Shown: piece after piece, positions 12,146 through 23,702 of the stretch
How the letters are laid out: each line of letters starts with the position of its first letter
Numbering within the stretch: the stretch's first letter is position 1
Assembly: GCA_001244265.2 (NCBI GenBank)
Contig: CDLV01000012.1
Coordinates: 310,001-374,000, forward strand
Direction: 5' to 3'
Length of the DNA stretch: 64,000 nucleotides
DNA from: Microbotryum violaceum
Lineage: Eukaryota
Notes under the pieces: model-generated
The model's input: the letters and a program-made list of their open reading frames with translations, nothing else
What the model was told of the DNA's origin: nothing
Database searches by the model: none
Position numbers and translations under genes: made by a program

Positions 12146-13828
12146 ATTTTTCCTACACTTGTACTCCGAACGAATTCCTCACGGTGATACGAATCCCTTA
12201 CACCTCACTTCCCTTCGTAACGACCATGAGGAGCCAATACCGGATACTGTTAACTGTTCTTTGCGCTCGTAAAAGGACAGAATAGGAGACCCCCCTAACA
12301 CTCGCCTGTAAAAAATGTGGACGCCTTTATCGATCTGCGACATAGCAGAAGGATGGTGTTTATTTCCCGGCGGAATTTTTCGCCGGCTTGCCCGAGAAAA
12401 CTTACTCCTGTCCGATCCCGAACCCGAGCACGCCATACCAACAACCGATCACATCATCTGGCGGAAGTCACTTGGTTCCGACATTCAGGCACTTTTCCGG
12501 AATAAGGCCGTAGACGTTGCATGCGAAAGTGGTGGCCATTCCAATAGAATATGGAGTAGCATACCCCACTGGTGGAGGCGATGGTGGCAAGCTTGCACCA
12601 TCTACCCTCAGGAGCCGGGAGCCGAGGGGGAGGATGGAAAATTGGTGTAAACCCTGAAAGATGGGGGCATCAGCCCTAATCCCAGCGAGGCAATGGCCCG
12701 TATACAATATGGGTGTATGATATATGATATGTTATGGTGGTCCAGCGGATCTAGCGTTTGTTAGATTCTGTTTTTGAATAAGACTAGCTGGAATTTATGA
12801 CTTTAAACCTTTAAACACCTCTTCCAAGCCTCGCTCTTCCATCTCCTGCTCCCACTTGCTCTTCCACAATACGACTTCTCGCGCTCTGCAAGGGTCCCAA
12901 AGCCTTTCATCGAGAACAACTGCACACCGATCCGCAACACGTAGCCACTCCCGCACCGGTTCATCATCTCTAACCTTCCCGCTATTTCCGGGGTTGTGTA
13001 CTGGGTGTCGTTCTCGGGCCCGATGAGCTCGAAGTAATCTGTATCTAAAGCTTTGTACCTTGACTGGGGAGGATCCGATAGGCCCGTGGGGTACCCGACC
13101 TTGTTTGACTCGAAGAAAGCTGACTGGTCGTTGGGGCCAATCCCGGTCTCGGAAAGGTGTTCCAGGGGGTGGCCTCGGCCGTTTGCTTCGCTATGTCGCC
13201 GGAAACAGCGGGAAGGTTTGAGACGATGAGCCGGTGCGAGAGTGGCTGAGTGTTGCGGATCGGTGTACAGTCGTTCTCGATGACAGGCTTTGGGACCCTT
13301 GCAGAGCGCGAGAAGTCGTATTGTGGAAGAGCAAGTGGGAGCAGGAGATGGAAGAGCGAGGCTCGGAAGAGGTTTGACGTCTGCGGCCTTATTCCGGGAA
13401 AGTGCGTAAATGTCGGAAACCAGTCGCTTCCGCCTGATGACGTGATCGATTGTTTGGTATGGCGTGCTCGAGTTCGGGGTCGGACAGGGGTAAGTTTTCT
13501 CAGGCAAGTCCGCTAAAAGTTCCGCCGGGAAATAACTACCGGGCTTAGCAGCGCAGAATACGGGGTTAGGAGAGACAGAGGAGTGGGTGACAGGTCTCAG
13601 GTTTGACATTGGATGGGGAAGTTGGCATCCCTCAACAGATGGAATTGAAACTATTGTAGGTGTCGAGTAAGAGGGTTGCGTGGTAGTGTTAGGCAGAGTA
13701 TTGGGGCAGCAAAGGCGGGCGGGAAAATAAGTGTTCGAATAGGAGCTCCTAAAGTGTTCACGTTCTTCAGAGATGTAGTGGATTTGTATCACTGTGAGAT
13801 CCTTGGGAGTCTGAGTGTAGGAAAATAC
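12146..13828. repeat. Large degenerate inverted repeat (palindrome) with ~207-bp central spacer
   Basis: Reverse-complement matches: ~12815-12991 with 13199-13375, ~12360-12517 with 13377-13535, and ~12146-12205 with 13772-13828. The left arm is interrupted by an insertion at 12518-~12815. Confidence 0.9.
12518..12816 (+). mobile_element. 5'-truncated non-LTR retrotransposon 3' end inserted in the left palindrome arm
   Basis: Absent from the partner arm. Begins with HAKVVA/SNRIWS (frameshifted), resembling the WH...TARIWG terminus of the LINE at 26.8-26.9 kb. Carries the GGTGGTCCAGCG-hairpin-GACTAGCTGGAATT motif and ends in (CTTTAAAC)x2. Confidence 0.65.
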
Positions 13829-14180
13829 CTGGAAGAGGTGGTAATGCGACAAGATGCGGACAATATACCTATATTATCTCGTATGTCAGAGCTGTCAGGG
13901 GATGGACGTGGTATGCGAATCGAAAACGGGCCGACTGCGCCAACGGTGATCGCGGCACCTGCGATGCGGATGACGAGATAGCAGAGAGCACTGACCCTCC
14001 CACTTCCATGGCCTTTGAGAGGGAAAAGATGGTGGCTCAGTCCTTGCATCAATCCTAAAAGAGCCGCGGCTCACTCACACATTCGATCGCCAACAAGGAC
14101 TGGAATGACCTCGTCCCCGGTAATCTGGTTGAGCGGGACGTCTTTGACCGACATCACGAGTCGTGCGGTGCGGGATCAGC
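13820..14180 (-). pseudogene. Inverted partial duplicate of the neighbouring RTA1-like gene (end of intron 1 to exon 4, introns retained)
   Basis: Reverse complement aligns with 15333-15680, including the exons encoding GTRSFQSLLAI, MEVGG and YIVRILSHYH and the introns between them. Confidence 0.88.
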
Positions 14181-14452
14181 GACCTTGCATTGATCGTGGC
14201 GTGTGCTTGAATTGGTGGTGATTGATATGCATGATTCGGCCGGGGCGTCGATCATGTCCTCGAAGTGCTTGTCGAGGTGGACCTTCACCGCAAGTTGCGG
14301 TCCATCGTCACCACGGATTACGAGCCAGCGACAGGAACAGGACAACACCAAAAAGCGGTCTCTCAATTGTCGGTCTCCACGTCCGCATGCGTCGTACTTG
14401 GTCCAAAAAATAGTTCCCACACTGCCCGCTTTCGATAAATGGCACATGTAAC

Positions 14453-14527
14453 GGTGGTCCAACGAATCTAGCGTTTGCTAGATTCTGTCTTTGTACAAAA
14501 CTAGCTGGAATTTATGACTTGCAACTT
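14453..14527 (+). mobile_element. Second short copy of the LINE 3'-terminal motif
   Basis: Near-identical direct repeat of 12736-12803, with the perfect hairpin AATCTAGC-GTTT-GCTAGATT followed by ACTAGCTGGAATTTATGACTT. Confidence 0.65.
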
Positions 14528-15114
14528 AGGGATATACCCAGAGATGGTCTACGACGTTGAACCCATCCAGACCGAGGTCCTCCGTCAGCTGATCGAGCTT
14601 CGTTGAGGGATGGAGCTTATCTGCGCGTCGTCCCGGGTTCGTTCGTCGATTGCCGTTGGAGGTCGAAAAGGCTTGGGGCGCGGCTCCGATTTTGCGCAGG
14701 CGAAAAGTGTCTCACTCTGCTCGCAGAGTTGGCGTGGTAGTAGTGTGACGAATAGATAGCTCTAGTAGTGGATCGGAACATTGGAATACCTAGGCCTCAC
14801 TGCCCCACCCTGTTACCAACCTCATCCCCGACCACTTGCGAGAAATAGCGACTCGATTATCCAAGGCTTCGGTACTTGAGTGGGGCCACACGTCATCGAC
14901 CATCACTTGCCTCGACCGCGGCGGAGTTCCCACGCACCTCGCAGTCGGACGTTGGACGTTGCGGGAAACGGCTCGGTACGCGTCGCTTGCTCCAGTCGGC
15001 CGAGGTCGAATCGAGTTAGCATCCCATTGACTGCGACTTCGAGTGGACAGAAAACAGTCCGGTGACAACAACGTCCCCGACCAAGTCCCAGGCAACTCCT
15101 CCAAGTGACCAATC

Positions 15115-16709
15115 ATGTCGATCCCGCCGAATTACCATGGCCCGATCAACGCGAACCCGAGCAGCGGCGAAACGACCATCTCCATCTTTGGCTTCATACC
15201 ATCCCGCGCATTGGCCAGCATCGCCGCGATCGTGTTTGCGTTGGGTTTGTTGTGCCATGTTGTGTATCTGATCCGGTGCGTTTGCGAGGGCTGGATGTAC
15301 ACATGGTCGGGTAGGGCGTGCCAGAGCTGCCGAGCTGATCCCGAGCACCGCACGACTCGTGATCTCGGTCAACGACGTCCCGCCCGACCAGATTGCCGGG
15401 GACGAGGTCATTTCAGTCCTTGTTGGCGATTGGATGTGTAAGTGAGCCGCGGCTCTTTTAGGATTGATGCACGGACTGAGCTATCATCTTGTGCCTCCCA
15501 TAGGCCATGGAAGTGGGAGGGTCAGTGCTCTCCGCTGTATCTCGTCATCGGCCAAGACGGGCACACCGCATCGCAGTCCCCGCGATCACTGCCGCGCTCC
15601 GCGTACCACGTTCAACCTCTGACAGCTCTGACATACGATCATATAGGTATATTGTCCGCATTTTGGCGCATTACCACCCTTTTCTGGTATCGTTTTACGT
15701 CGCGCAATGTGAGCACTTCCGAAGCGCGCGTTCACGTATCGCCTCAACCAAGGTCACGTGAGCTGAACATCCGATCCGACTTGTCTGTCTCCAATGTCGC
15801 AGACTTTCTCATCGTTGTGGCCCCATGTTGTGAGCGAAAACACTTTAACTTCATTGACGTTAAGAACCTAAATCTTGCCGAGACTGACCAGTGAAACCCG
15901 CACCTCTACAGTCTTTAGTGGCGCTTTCGTGAGCTCGAGCACATGAAGGTATCGCGCGGTCCGGGTGCGCACCGTTCTTCTGACACGTTCATCGGCCTTC
16001 TTCCGCACAGTATCTTGCCCTAGGCTTGGCGATCAAACGGCTCCCTGTCACATTGGCCCATGGCCTACTTTCCTTCCCCCCCAAGATCTTTATCATCAGT
16101 ACGTTGAGCTCCGCTCGGCGCCAGTTTTCTCGGTAGAAGACGCTCACCATTTTCTCTCCACGCCCTTCCCCACGATCATCAGTCTTCATCATCGCGGATA
16201 TCGTTACAACCGCGATCCAAATCACCGGAGCCGCCTTGATCGGTGCCGCCGAATCCTCCCGCACGCCCGGTTCCGTCCCTACAGCCATCACCTCCGCGCA
16301 AGCGAACGACATCCTCCTCTCCGGTCTGGCGATCCAATCCGTCTCCTTCCTCGCCTTCATCTACATCCTCAGCCTCGTTGCCTACCGTTCGAACCAAGTT
16401 CGACCGCACGTCCTCCCGCCTCGTTTCTCCGCAGCTTTAATCATTTCCTCCCTCCTCGTCTTCCTCCGAACCGTCTTCCGTCTCGCCGAAGTAGCTCAAG
16501 GCGTTTTCGGGTTCGCCAGTACGCATGAAGTCCTTTTCGGGATCTTGGAATTTGCTCCCGTCGCTTTGGCGATGAGCATTTGGGCCGCGTTAAGTTTAGA
16601 CGAGTTGTTACCTCTTGCGAGGGCGAATCATGAGATTGAGAAGTGGGATGGGAAAAAGGCGAATTATGGAGGGATAGAGATCGTCAATACTGTCACGAGG
16701 GGAAGTTAG
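15115..16709 (+). CDS. RTA1: RTA1-like protein (lipid-translocating exporter family), many short exons
   Basis: FGFIPS..ASIAAIVF, MEVGGY, IVVAP, ADIVTTAIQITGAA, ILLSGLAIQ, LVFLRTVFRLAE and THEVLFGILE. Confidence 0.88.
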
Positions 16710-16956
16710 TATCTGCCTTTTTTCTTCTCCTTTTAAAGATGGTTACGGGTAGTTGGTTTGTTGAATGTTGGCGCCCACTGCGTGGAGAAAGGCGTGCTTG
16801 CGGTGACTGCGCAACGCGCCGATGAGTCCACTTCGCGTACATGTGTATGTAGATAATGAGATAATATGACATAAAAAATGAGAGCAGAGAGGTGATATCA
16901 TACGATCCAACACACACCGAACGCTCCGTTTACACACCCCAAGAGACAAATACAGC

Positions 16957-19000
16957 TCACCTTTTAAAGACCCTAACCTCAATCGTCCTCAACACGAAGT
17001 AAGCGACCAACGACAACCCGACCGACATCTCGAATCCTAAATCACCTCCAAAAACCGGTTCGACGGCTTTCGCGATCGGACCCGTATAATACGTTTGCGC
17101 CATCGCAGGCACGATCCCCCCGATCGCGATCGCGATAGCACCCACACAAGCGAATCCAGGTGGAAGTCGTTTCCAATCATTGAAGCTATCGAAATCGGGT
17201 TTTCCCAAAGGTCCTGAGGGCCTTCGGAACCATTCGAATTCAAGCAAAATAATGACGATGAAGAAAGCCGTCCAATACGATAAGATGGAAGCGAAGTTGG
17301 AGACGATCTCGGAGAAATGTTCCCTTCCTACGATGGAGGCGATCAAGTAGATGGCGGTGAAGAGGACGACGAAAAAGATACGAGGGATTTTGAGCAAAGG
17401 TGGGGCGAGCGATTGCATTGCGAGCGAGCCGGAATAGGTGTTCGGGGCGTTGGTGGCGATGGTGGAGAGACCGAGGAGGACGAGGAGGAACTTGCCGAAA
17501 CCTCCTAGGGGACCGAGGATCGCTCCGACGACGCCGCCCAGGGAATCGGATTCAAAGGCGGCGATGTAGGAAAGTTCCTGTAGGGTCATTAGTTGAAAAC
17601 CTCAGACTGGAGTGGATCATGATCATTACGCTGCTGCCGCTACTCACGGTGAGGGTTTGGAACGTTGCCGAGACGGTGCAGGTGAAGACGATGGGCAAGA
17701 AGGTACCGAAAAAGGTGAAGAAGAAGACTCGCCACTTGGGCGTATCGGCGGGTAGCTTGACATTGTCTGATCGATACGATCCACCAGATCATAAGTTTTC
17801 AACTCAACTGAAGCAAAAGTCAGTAGATACACGCTACTTACAATCTGCAGCGATCACACCCCAGCCCGAAGCGACCGAGAACATGATGCCCGCAAAGCTC
17901 AGAATGCCCGCACTCAACGACTTGCCCGTCGCCTGTTGCGCCGTCAATCGATTGACGTCATAACCACCTTTCGTTCCCAATCCAAGGATGATGCAGTAGA
18001 TGATGAAGCAGGCTATCCAGCAGTATCGTGCGAAACGGTGGACCCAGGCGAGGCCGAAGATGGAGAGGACGAAGACGACAGAGGAGACGACGACAATGCC
18101 GACGATGAGACTGAGGGAGTGGTTGATCGCGTGGAAAGCTTGGGCACCGGCAAGTGCGTTCGTCACCGAGTACTGTTGGGCAGCATAATTGAGGGTCAGA
18201 AAAGGAGGCCGGCATGCCGGAATTAGGGAAAACCTGTACTCACCGAAAGCTGGGTCAACACGTTCAAAAACGAGCAAATGAACGTCCCGGGAATACCGCC
18301 CGCGAACCTAAACAAAGCCATCGTCCTCAACCCACTTAACCCCAACGTCGCAACATAAGCCGTCGCCAAACACCCGACGACGGCCATGGTCCAAATCACT
18401 GCGAGCGAGGTGCGGAAGTCGAGGCCAAAGTATTCACTGCCGAGACCCCCGACCGCGAGAGAGGAGAAACTGAGGTTCACGCTCATCCAAAAGAAGAAAA
18501 TTTGGAGACCCGACTGGAGTAATTGAAATCGAAAAATCAGTGATTTTAATCTCTGTAAACTGCCTTCGACATGATCGCTGTCGAAAGGGGTTTATAGCGC
18601 CACCCGCGCTTGGCCGCCCTCGCGTGTGGTGGCACGCCTTGGGCCGGGACAGCGGCGGCCGACCGTCGTCGGACTGCGAAACTCACTTGAGCGATGCGTT
18701 CATCCTCCGGGACCCTGTCCAATCCACGAGCCTCGACACCTCGATCCGCAAGGTAGGTCATCACTTTGGCAAAAGGGCCATGTAATGCAACGACTGGTCA
18801 AACCGTACCCCATGATCAGCCTTCCTAAGCCTGGTTGAAGGGGTCAAGCGAGCGAGCTCGAAAAGGACTGAGGACTGACCTCGACCATGCGCGACGACGG
18901 CCTCGTCCGAGGAAGCATCCTTCGCAACGGGGATCGACCCCGTCTCGGCTCGGGAGAGGACGTTCTTCTCCTCTTCACCAGAATGGAACGAGTGGCTCAT
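16957..19000 (-). CDS. Purine-cytosine/vitamin permease (NCS1, Fcy2/Tpn1-like), multi-exon
   Basis: GVEARGLDRVPEDER, FFWMSVN, SGLRTM, SVASGW..AADY, NAPNTYS..L, NFASILSYW and MAQTYYTGPIA..GDLGFE. The exact 3' end is uncertain. Confidence 0.92.
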
Positions 19001-19376
19001 CTTTGTGAAGAGGTCGGAAAAGATGATGCGCCAAGATGGTGAGTGGGGACAGGAAGGGATCCACACCGTAATTCGGTAGCTCTAGCTTCAGGCCCGACTG
19101 AACAACTTTCTAGACCATGCCCGACTTTTACGATGATGGGTGCTAAAAATGGGATGAACGACTTGCGATAGGCTGCGCGCGCGGCACGACGAGATTGTGC
19201 GCCAAGCGGCCCGCGTGGTCCAATGCGGGGTAGCGCCGGGCCAATCCCGAGCCCGACGGGGTATGAGAGACCAGGCTTCACTCCTTTATCACCACTATCG
19301 CTGCAAACCTTAAGCTGAGAGGTAACACTCGTGATTGGTATGGATACGGCATGATATAGATTCGGGCAAGGAGGCT

Positions 19377-22197
19377 CTACTCGAAGATGGCTTGAATGCG
19401 AGCCTCGAGTTGATCCGCGTCGAGCTTGAGATACTTTTCAGGATCTAGGTCGCGAGAGTCAGTCCTCGGTCAGCCATCTTTCCACGAGCAATCGAGATAA
19501 AAGGGGTTTCTCCACCCTATCACTCACTCTTGGAGAAATCGCCATTCCTATGCTTCGCCAAGAACTTTGTATAAGTCGGCACGATCATCCTCTCGACCTC
19601 GCCCTTCAACCTCTCCTTCAACTCCTGTTCCCCTTCGTCCAACTTGGCAACAGCATGCAGATTCTCCACTTCTTGCAAACCGTCCCCGAAACGCAGGAAG
19701 CGATCTTTGGTTTGAGCCCTTTCGTTGCCTCCACCTCCACCTCCTTTGACGGCGGCTTTGATAGCCCCTGCTGCACCGGATTGCTCCAAGCCTGCGTCCA
19801 ACAAGGCTGACACGAGCGGGGACCAAATTTCCAGATACGAGGCCTTGGTCGTCCTCATCAACTTGTTCAACGCGTCCTCGCACGCTTCTCCCAATACATC
19901 CCCAATTTGTGACGACAAGACCTCCCTCCGGATGAACGAGATATTGTTGAGTAGGAAGATCGCCGAGATGCCCGATCGAGCTCTCAGTCCTTTGGCGCGT
20001 TGATCCAACGCAGCGAGCAGAGTCTGTAGAACATCGTTGAGGTACCGGGTCAAGAGGGATTGTTCTTCGTCGCCGTCGCGTGTCGACACGGGAATTTTGG
20101 GTCCGCCCCAGTTGCCTGGACCGAGCACGTTGAGGAAGCCTTCGACGACGGTTTGGTTGTCCGAAAGTTGACGCATAAAGTTGACGACCTAGGTTCAAGG
20201 GAACGGCAACGAGTCAGCATGCATTTTGATAAGACCGGTCGGGGAGCCTAGACTGACATTAAAAGTGACTGTGCCGACTCCAGCTCCTGATTCACTCGCG
20301 GAGATTCCTCGTGCTCCCCATTGCTGCGTCAAGACCATCACAGATCAGTCCCAGCCACTTCCATCTGTGGGCGGTCAGCTCCAATGCGCTCACCTTTGTC
20401 GTATCAATCATCGCCGGCAAACTAGTCAAACAAGTACCCCTGAACGCATGCAACAGCTCGCCCAACTCGTTGTCCTTCCTCGCGGCTTTGATCCGTACCC
20501 ACTCTTCGAACTCGGCGATCTGTTCTTGCAGTTCCGAGAAGGTCGAAAAGGCGATGGGGACAAGCGCATCGAGCGCTTTCTTGACGACGCCATTGAGCTG
20601 GGTTCCTGTTGTGTAGAAGAGGGAGAGGGAAGGGGGGAGAATGTTGGAGTAGATCTCGCGTCGGGTCGACGGTGGGACATTGGCAAAGACGGTCGAGAGG
20701 AGCGCGTATTCGGACTGGCGGAGGGGAAGACAAAGAGAAGCTTCAGTGCTCATGAGGAGGGCAACGTGCGAGGCTTCGCTCACCTTGAGCAACCCAAACA
20801 TGACATCCAAGAACCTGCCCAAGCTCCTCCTTATATCGCTCGCCGAGAGCATGGGTGTCGCATCGGTCAACACATCCTTGGACGCGTTCGCCAAAGCGGC
20901 TTCGACGAAGGAGGCGCGTTCTTGACCATAGGCGATCTGCAAGTCCTCGAAGGCGCGTGGCCCGACTTCGGGTAGAGCTCGGATGTAGGCGATGAGAGGT
21001 AGTGCCGAATCGACAAAGGTCGGGGTGAGGGTCGGGAAGGGTTTGCCTGTACAGGAGTGATGACTTGAATCAGTGAGCTTCTCATAGGGTGTCCGGCAAA
21101 TACTTTGGATCCCGGCCTTCGCTCGCATACCTTTGTCGTACAACGATCCGGCATCAATCTGGGGACTGGTTTCGTGTACCCATTGCCTGAAGACAGCGGC
21201 GAGCTGTTGAGCTCCCGATTCTACCAGGCCCGTCTGCGATAAAGAAGAGTCTGGATTAGTGCCCGTGTTGGGAACGAGAGTGACTCGCTGGTTGCTCACC
21301 ATTTGACCGAGCGCGCCGTTCCCCTTTGCATCCGTTTTGCGCACGGCTTCGGTCGCGATGGTGAGACGGTCGATCGCGTCCAGGTAAGGCTTGAGGTCGC
21401 TTGGATCCGGTCTAGTGGGGAGATGCAGGTCGTAAAAGGGCTATGAGTGATCGTGAGGTGGTGCCTTGTTGAGCCGGGGGTTGGACGACGAACCCGACTG
21501 AGATGAGCTCCTGCTCGTTCGTGACGAGGTCGTGGTGGCCCAACAGTCCTTGGATCGACTTGAGCGTGCTCTCGAGGTCTGTGGAAGACAGCCCATAGGG
21601 TCCGGTCAGTTACCGGGTTGAGAGCCGAGACATGCTGGGCTACCAAGGGCGTGCCCGGCAGGTTGACCGAGGGGGTGCCCCACATCCCATATGCAGCTCC
21701 AGGTGGTCGTCAGCCCAGCTTGGGCCGGCCTAGGCGTCGGCAATGCACTCACTCTTGGACACCCTCGTCAATCTACCGGTCTGCTTGTGGATTGGAACCA
21801 AGCTCTTTTCCAATCGTGCGAGGCTGGGATGGCCGAGACAGAACGAGTAGGTCAGCCTGCGCGCTTCCTCTTCAGTCGGAGTGCAAGGCCGGCGTACGCA
21901 CCGATCATCAAAGTCGCCGAGCCTCGAGGTCATCTTGCCCGTGATACGTTTGGATTTGGCCAGCGACTGATTCAACAAGGTGAGATCGGCATTGCTCTGA
22001 ACTCACACCGAGGCGGGGGCACCAGTCGGCGGCGCGTGTCAGGTGTCAGTTGGGTGAGAGGGGGGCAAGGGGGCCAGGGGGGAATACACCGATCACAGAC
22101 CACCGACCACCGACCACAGACGACGTACCTGCTCCAGAGCTATCGAGGCCGAGTTGGACGTCGAAGCGGTCGGTTGAAATCGGGTGTACATGGCCAT
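19377..22197 (-). CDS. EXO70: Exocyst complex subunit Exo70, multi-exon
   Basis: N-terminal coiled coil (LLNQSLAKSKRITGKMTSRLGDFDDR..LEKSLVPIH), AIFLLNNISFI, KDRFLRF, IVPTYTKF and DPEKYLKLD at the C-terminus. Confidence 0.92.
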
Positions 22198-22443
22198 CGT
22201 GAGCGAAAGCAGCGGTGGTGTGACCTAGTGGGGATCAGACTCGCCCGGCAAAGTGATCCAACTCGAGCTGATCCTGCTCGAGTTGGAGAGGTGGGCGGAG
22301 GAGGGCGGAGGAGAGCGGAGTGAACATCGCTGTCGCACGCGTCAGTCGCGCTCGGACCTCTCTCTCTCCTCTTTGCACCCACTCGGGCTGCTTTCCCTTC
22401 TAGGCTCTCTCCGGCTCACCGCTTCGACCCGAGTCTGGTCGAG

Positions 22444-23457
22444 ATGCCCTCCTCCCGTATCCTCTTTCCCGCCCGCATCCCTTCGCGTCAGCGCCTCCTC
22501 AACCCATCGCACCCCTGTCCTGGCTCCTGGCGGCTCTCCCCGCCCGGCTCTGCCCTGCCAACCCAACACCGATCCACCAGTTCGAAATCGTCCTCCTCCT
22601 CGCAATGGCTATCCCGCCAGCGACGGGACCCCTTTGTCCGCTCACGCACCAACACCCTCCTCGACCCGTCCTCCTCGTCGGCGCAATCCTACGTCGCTCG
22701 ATCCGCTTTCAAACTACTCGAATTGCACCAGTCTTCGATAGGTGGCGGGAGGAGACCTTTGGTGAGAAAGGGGATGACGATCGTGGATCTGGGTGCGAGT
22801 CCGGGCGGTTGGATACAGGCGTGTAGGACTCTGGTCGTTAGTAGTCGATCGTCCGGTCGAGCGACCAGTGGTGCCCAAGCTCCTCGAACCCGGATCATAG
22901 GTCTCGACCTGCTCCCCTTGGACCGCTCTCTCGATTCGGACCCCGACCTCGAATTCCTCCAAGGCGATTTCCTCGACCCCTACATCCAAGCCCAACTGTC
23001 CGAGCTGCTCGGACAAGACCATGTCGATCTCGTGCTTTCGGACATGTTGAACAACCAATCCGGGTCGACGTTGAGGGATTCGCAGAGCTCAATCGATCTC
23101 TGTCGTTCGGCTTGGGAATTCGCGAGAAAGCATTTGAGCGTTGACAAAGTACGGCAAACGGAAAAAGAAGGGGACGCGGCAAAATCTTGGCCGAGTATTC
23201 AGTTGGTGATCAAGTGCCTTCAGTCGGATTTGGCCATCGAGTTGGGCAACGAGTTGAGGGGTGATTTCCAAAAGGTCAGGTGGGAGAAACCCAAGAGTTC
23301 GAGGGCGGACAGTCGGGAGGGGTATTGGGTTTGTTCGGGGTTCAAAGGACGAGGCGGTGCGGGTGCAGGAAAGGAGTCCAAGGAGGGGAAAGGAAAAACG
23401 GGGGCCGGAAAAGTCGACGAAGGAGTAGAAGAGAGTAGTGATGGGCTCTTTTTTTGA
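22444..23457 (+). CDS. MRM2: FtsJ/RlmE-family rRNA 2'-O-methyltransferase, probably mitochondrial
   Basis: WLSRQRRDPFV, YVARSAFKLLEL, DLGASPGGW, VDLVLSDM and KPKSSRADSREGY. Basic/Ser-rich N-terminal presequence. Single exon. Confidence 0.92.
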   Translation: MPSSRILFPARIPSRQRLLNPSHPCPGSWRLSPPGSALPTQHRSTSSKSSSSSQWLSRQRRDPFVRSRTNTLLDPSSSSAQSYVARSAFKLLELHQSSIGGGRRPLVRKGMTIVDLGASPGGWIQACRTLVVSSRSSGRATSGAQAPRTRIIGLDLLPLDRSLDSDPDLEFLQGDFLDPYIQAQLSELLGQDHVDLVLSDMLNNQSGSTLRDSQSSIDLCRSAWEFARKHLSVDKVRQTEKEGDAAKSWPSIQLVIKCLQSDLAIELGNELRGDFQKVRWEKPKSSRADSREGYWVCSGFKGRGGAGAGKESKEGKGKTGAGKVDEGVEESSDGLFF

Positions 23458-23702
23458 CTGCAACCATTCAAAGGAAATTGTGAAAAATCGCTCCCCCTTC
23501 TGGCAAACTCGAAGCGGTCCGAGCTCAAACTCGCCTTGCGCGCTGAACGACCGAATGATGACGACGCGTCACCGATCGGCTCCCTCTCTCTCTTGCTCAT
23601 CTGCCCGCTCCCGCACCTCCACCCGCACCTCTTTCTCGCCGCACCGCACGCGCTCTTCCTCCTTCTTATCTCTTCTGCCAACCACCCCTGCTGCCCTGCC
23701 CC

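Noticed and set aside
14465-14504. Helitron 3' end (hairpin followed by CTAG)
   Set aside because: Similarity between the copies continues well past CTAG, and the motif matches the LINE 3' end.
18513-19330. TPP riboswitch, HDV-like ribozyme or H/ACA snoRNA at the permease gene
   Set aside because: No CUGAGA/UGAU..AUAAU TPP core. The HDV P1-P3-P2 order is not met. No well-placed H and ACA boxes.
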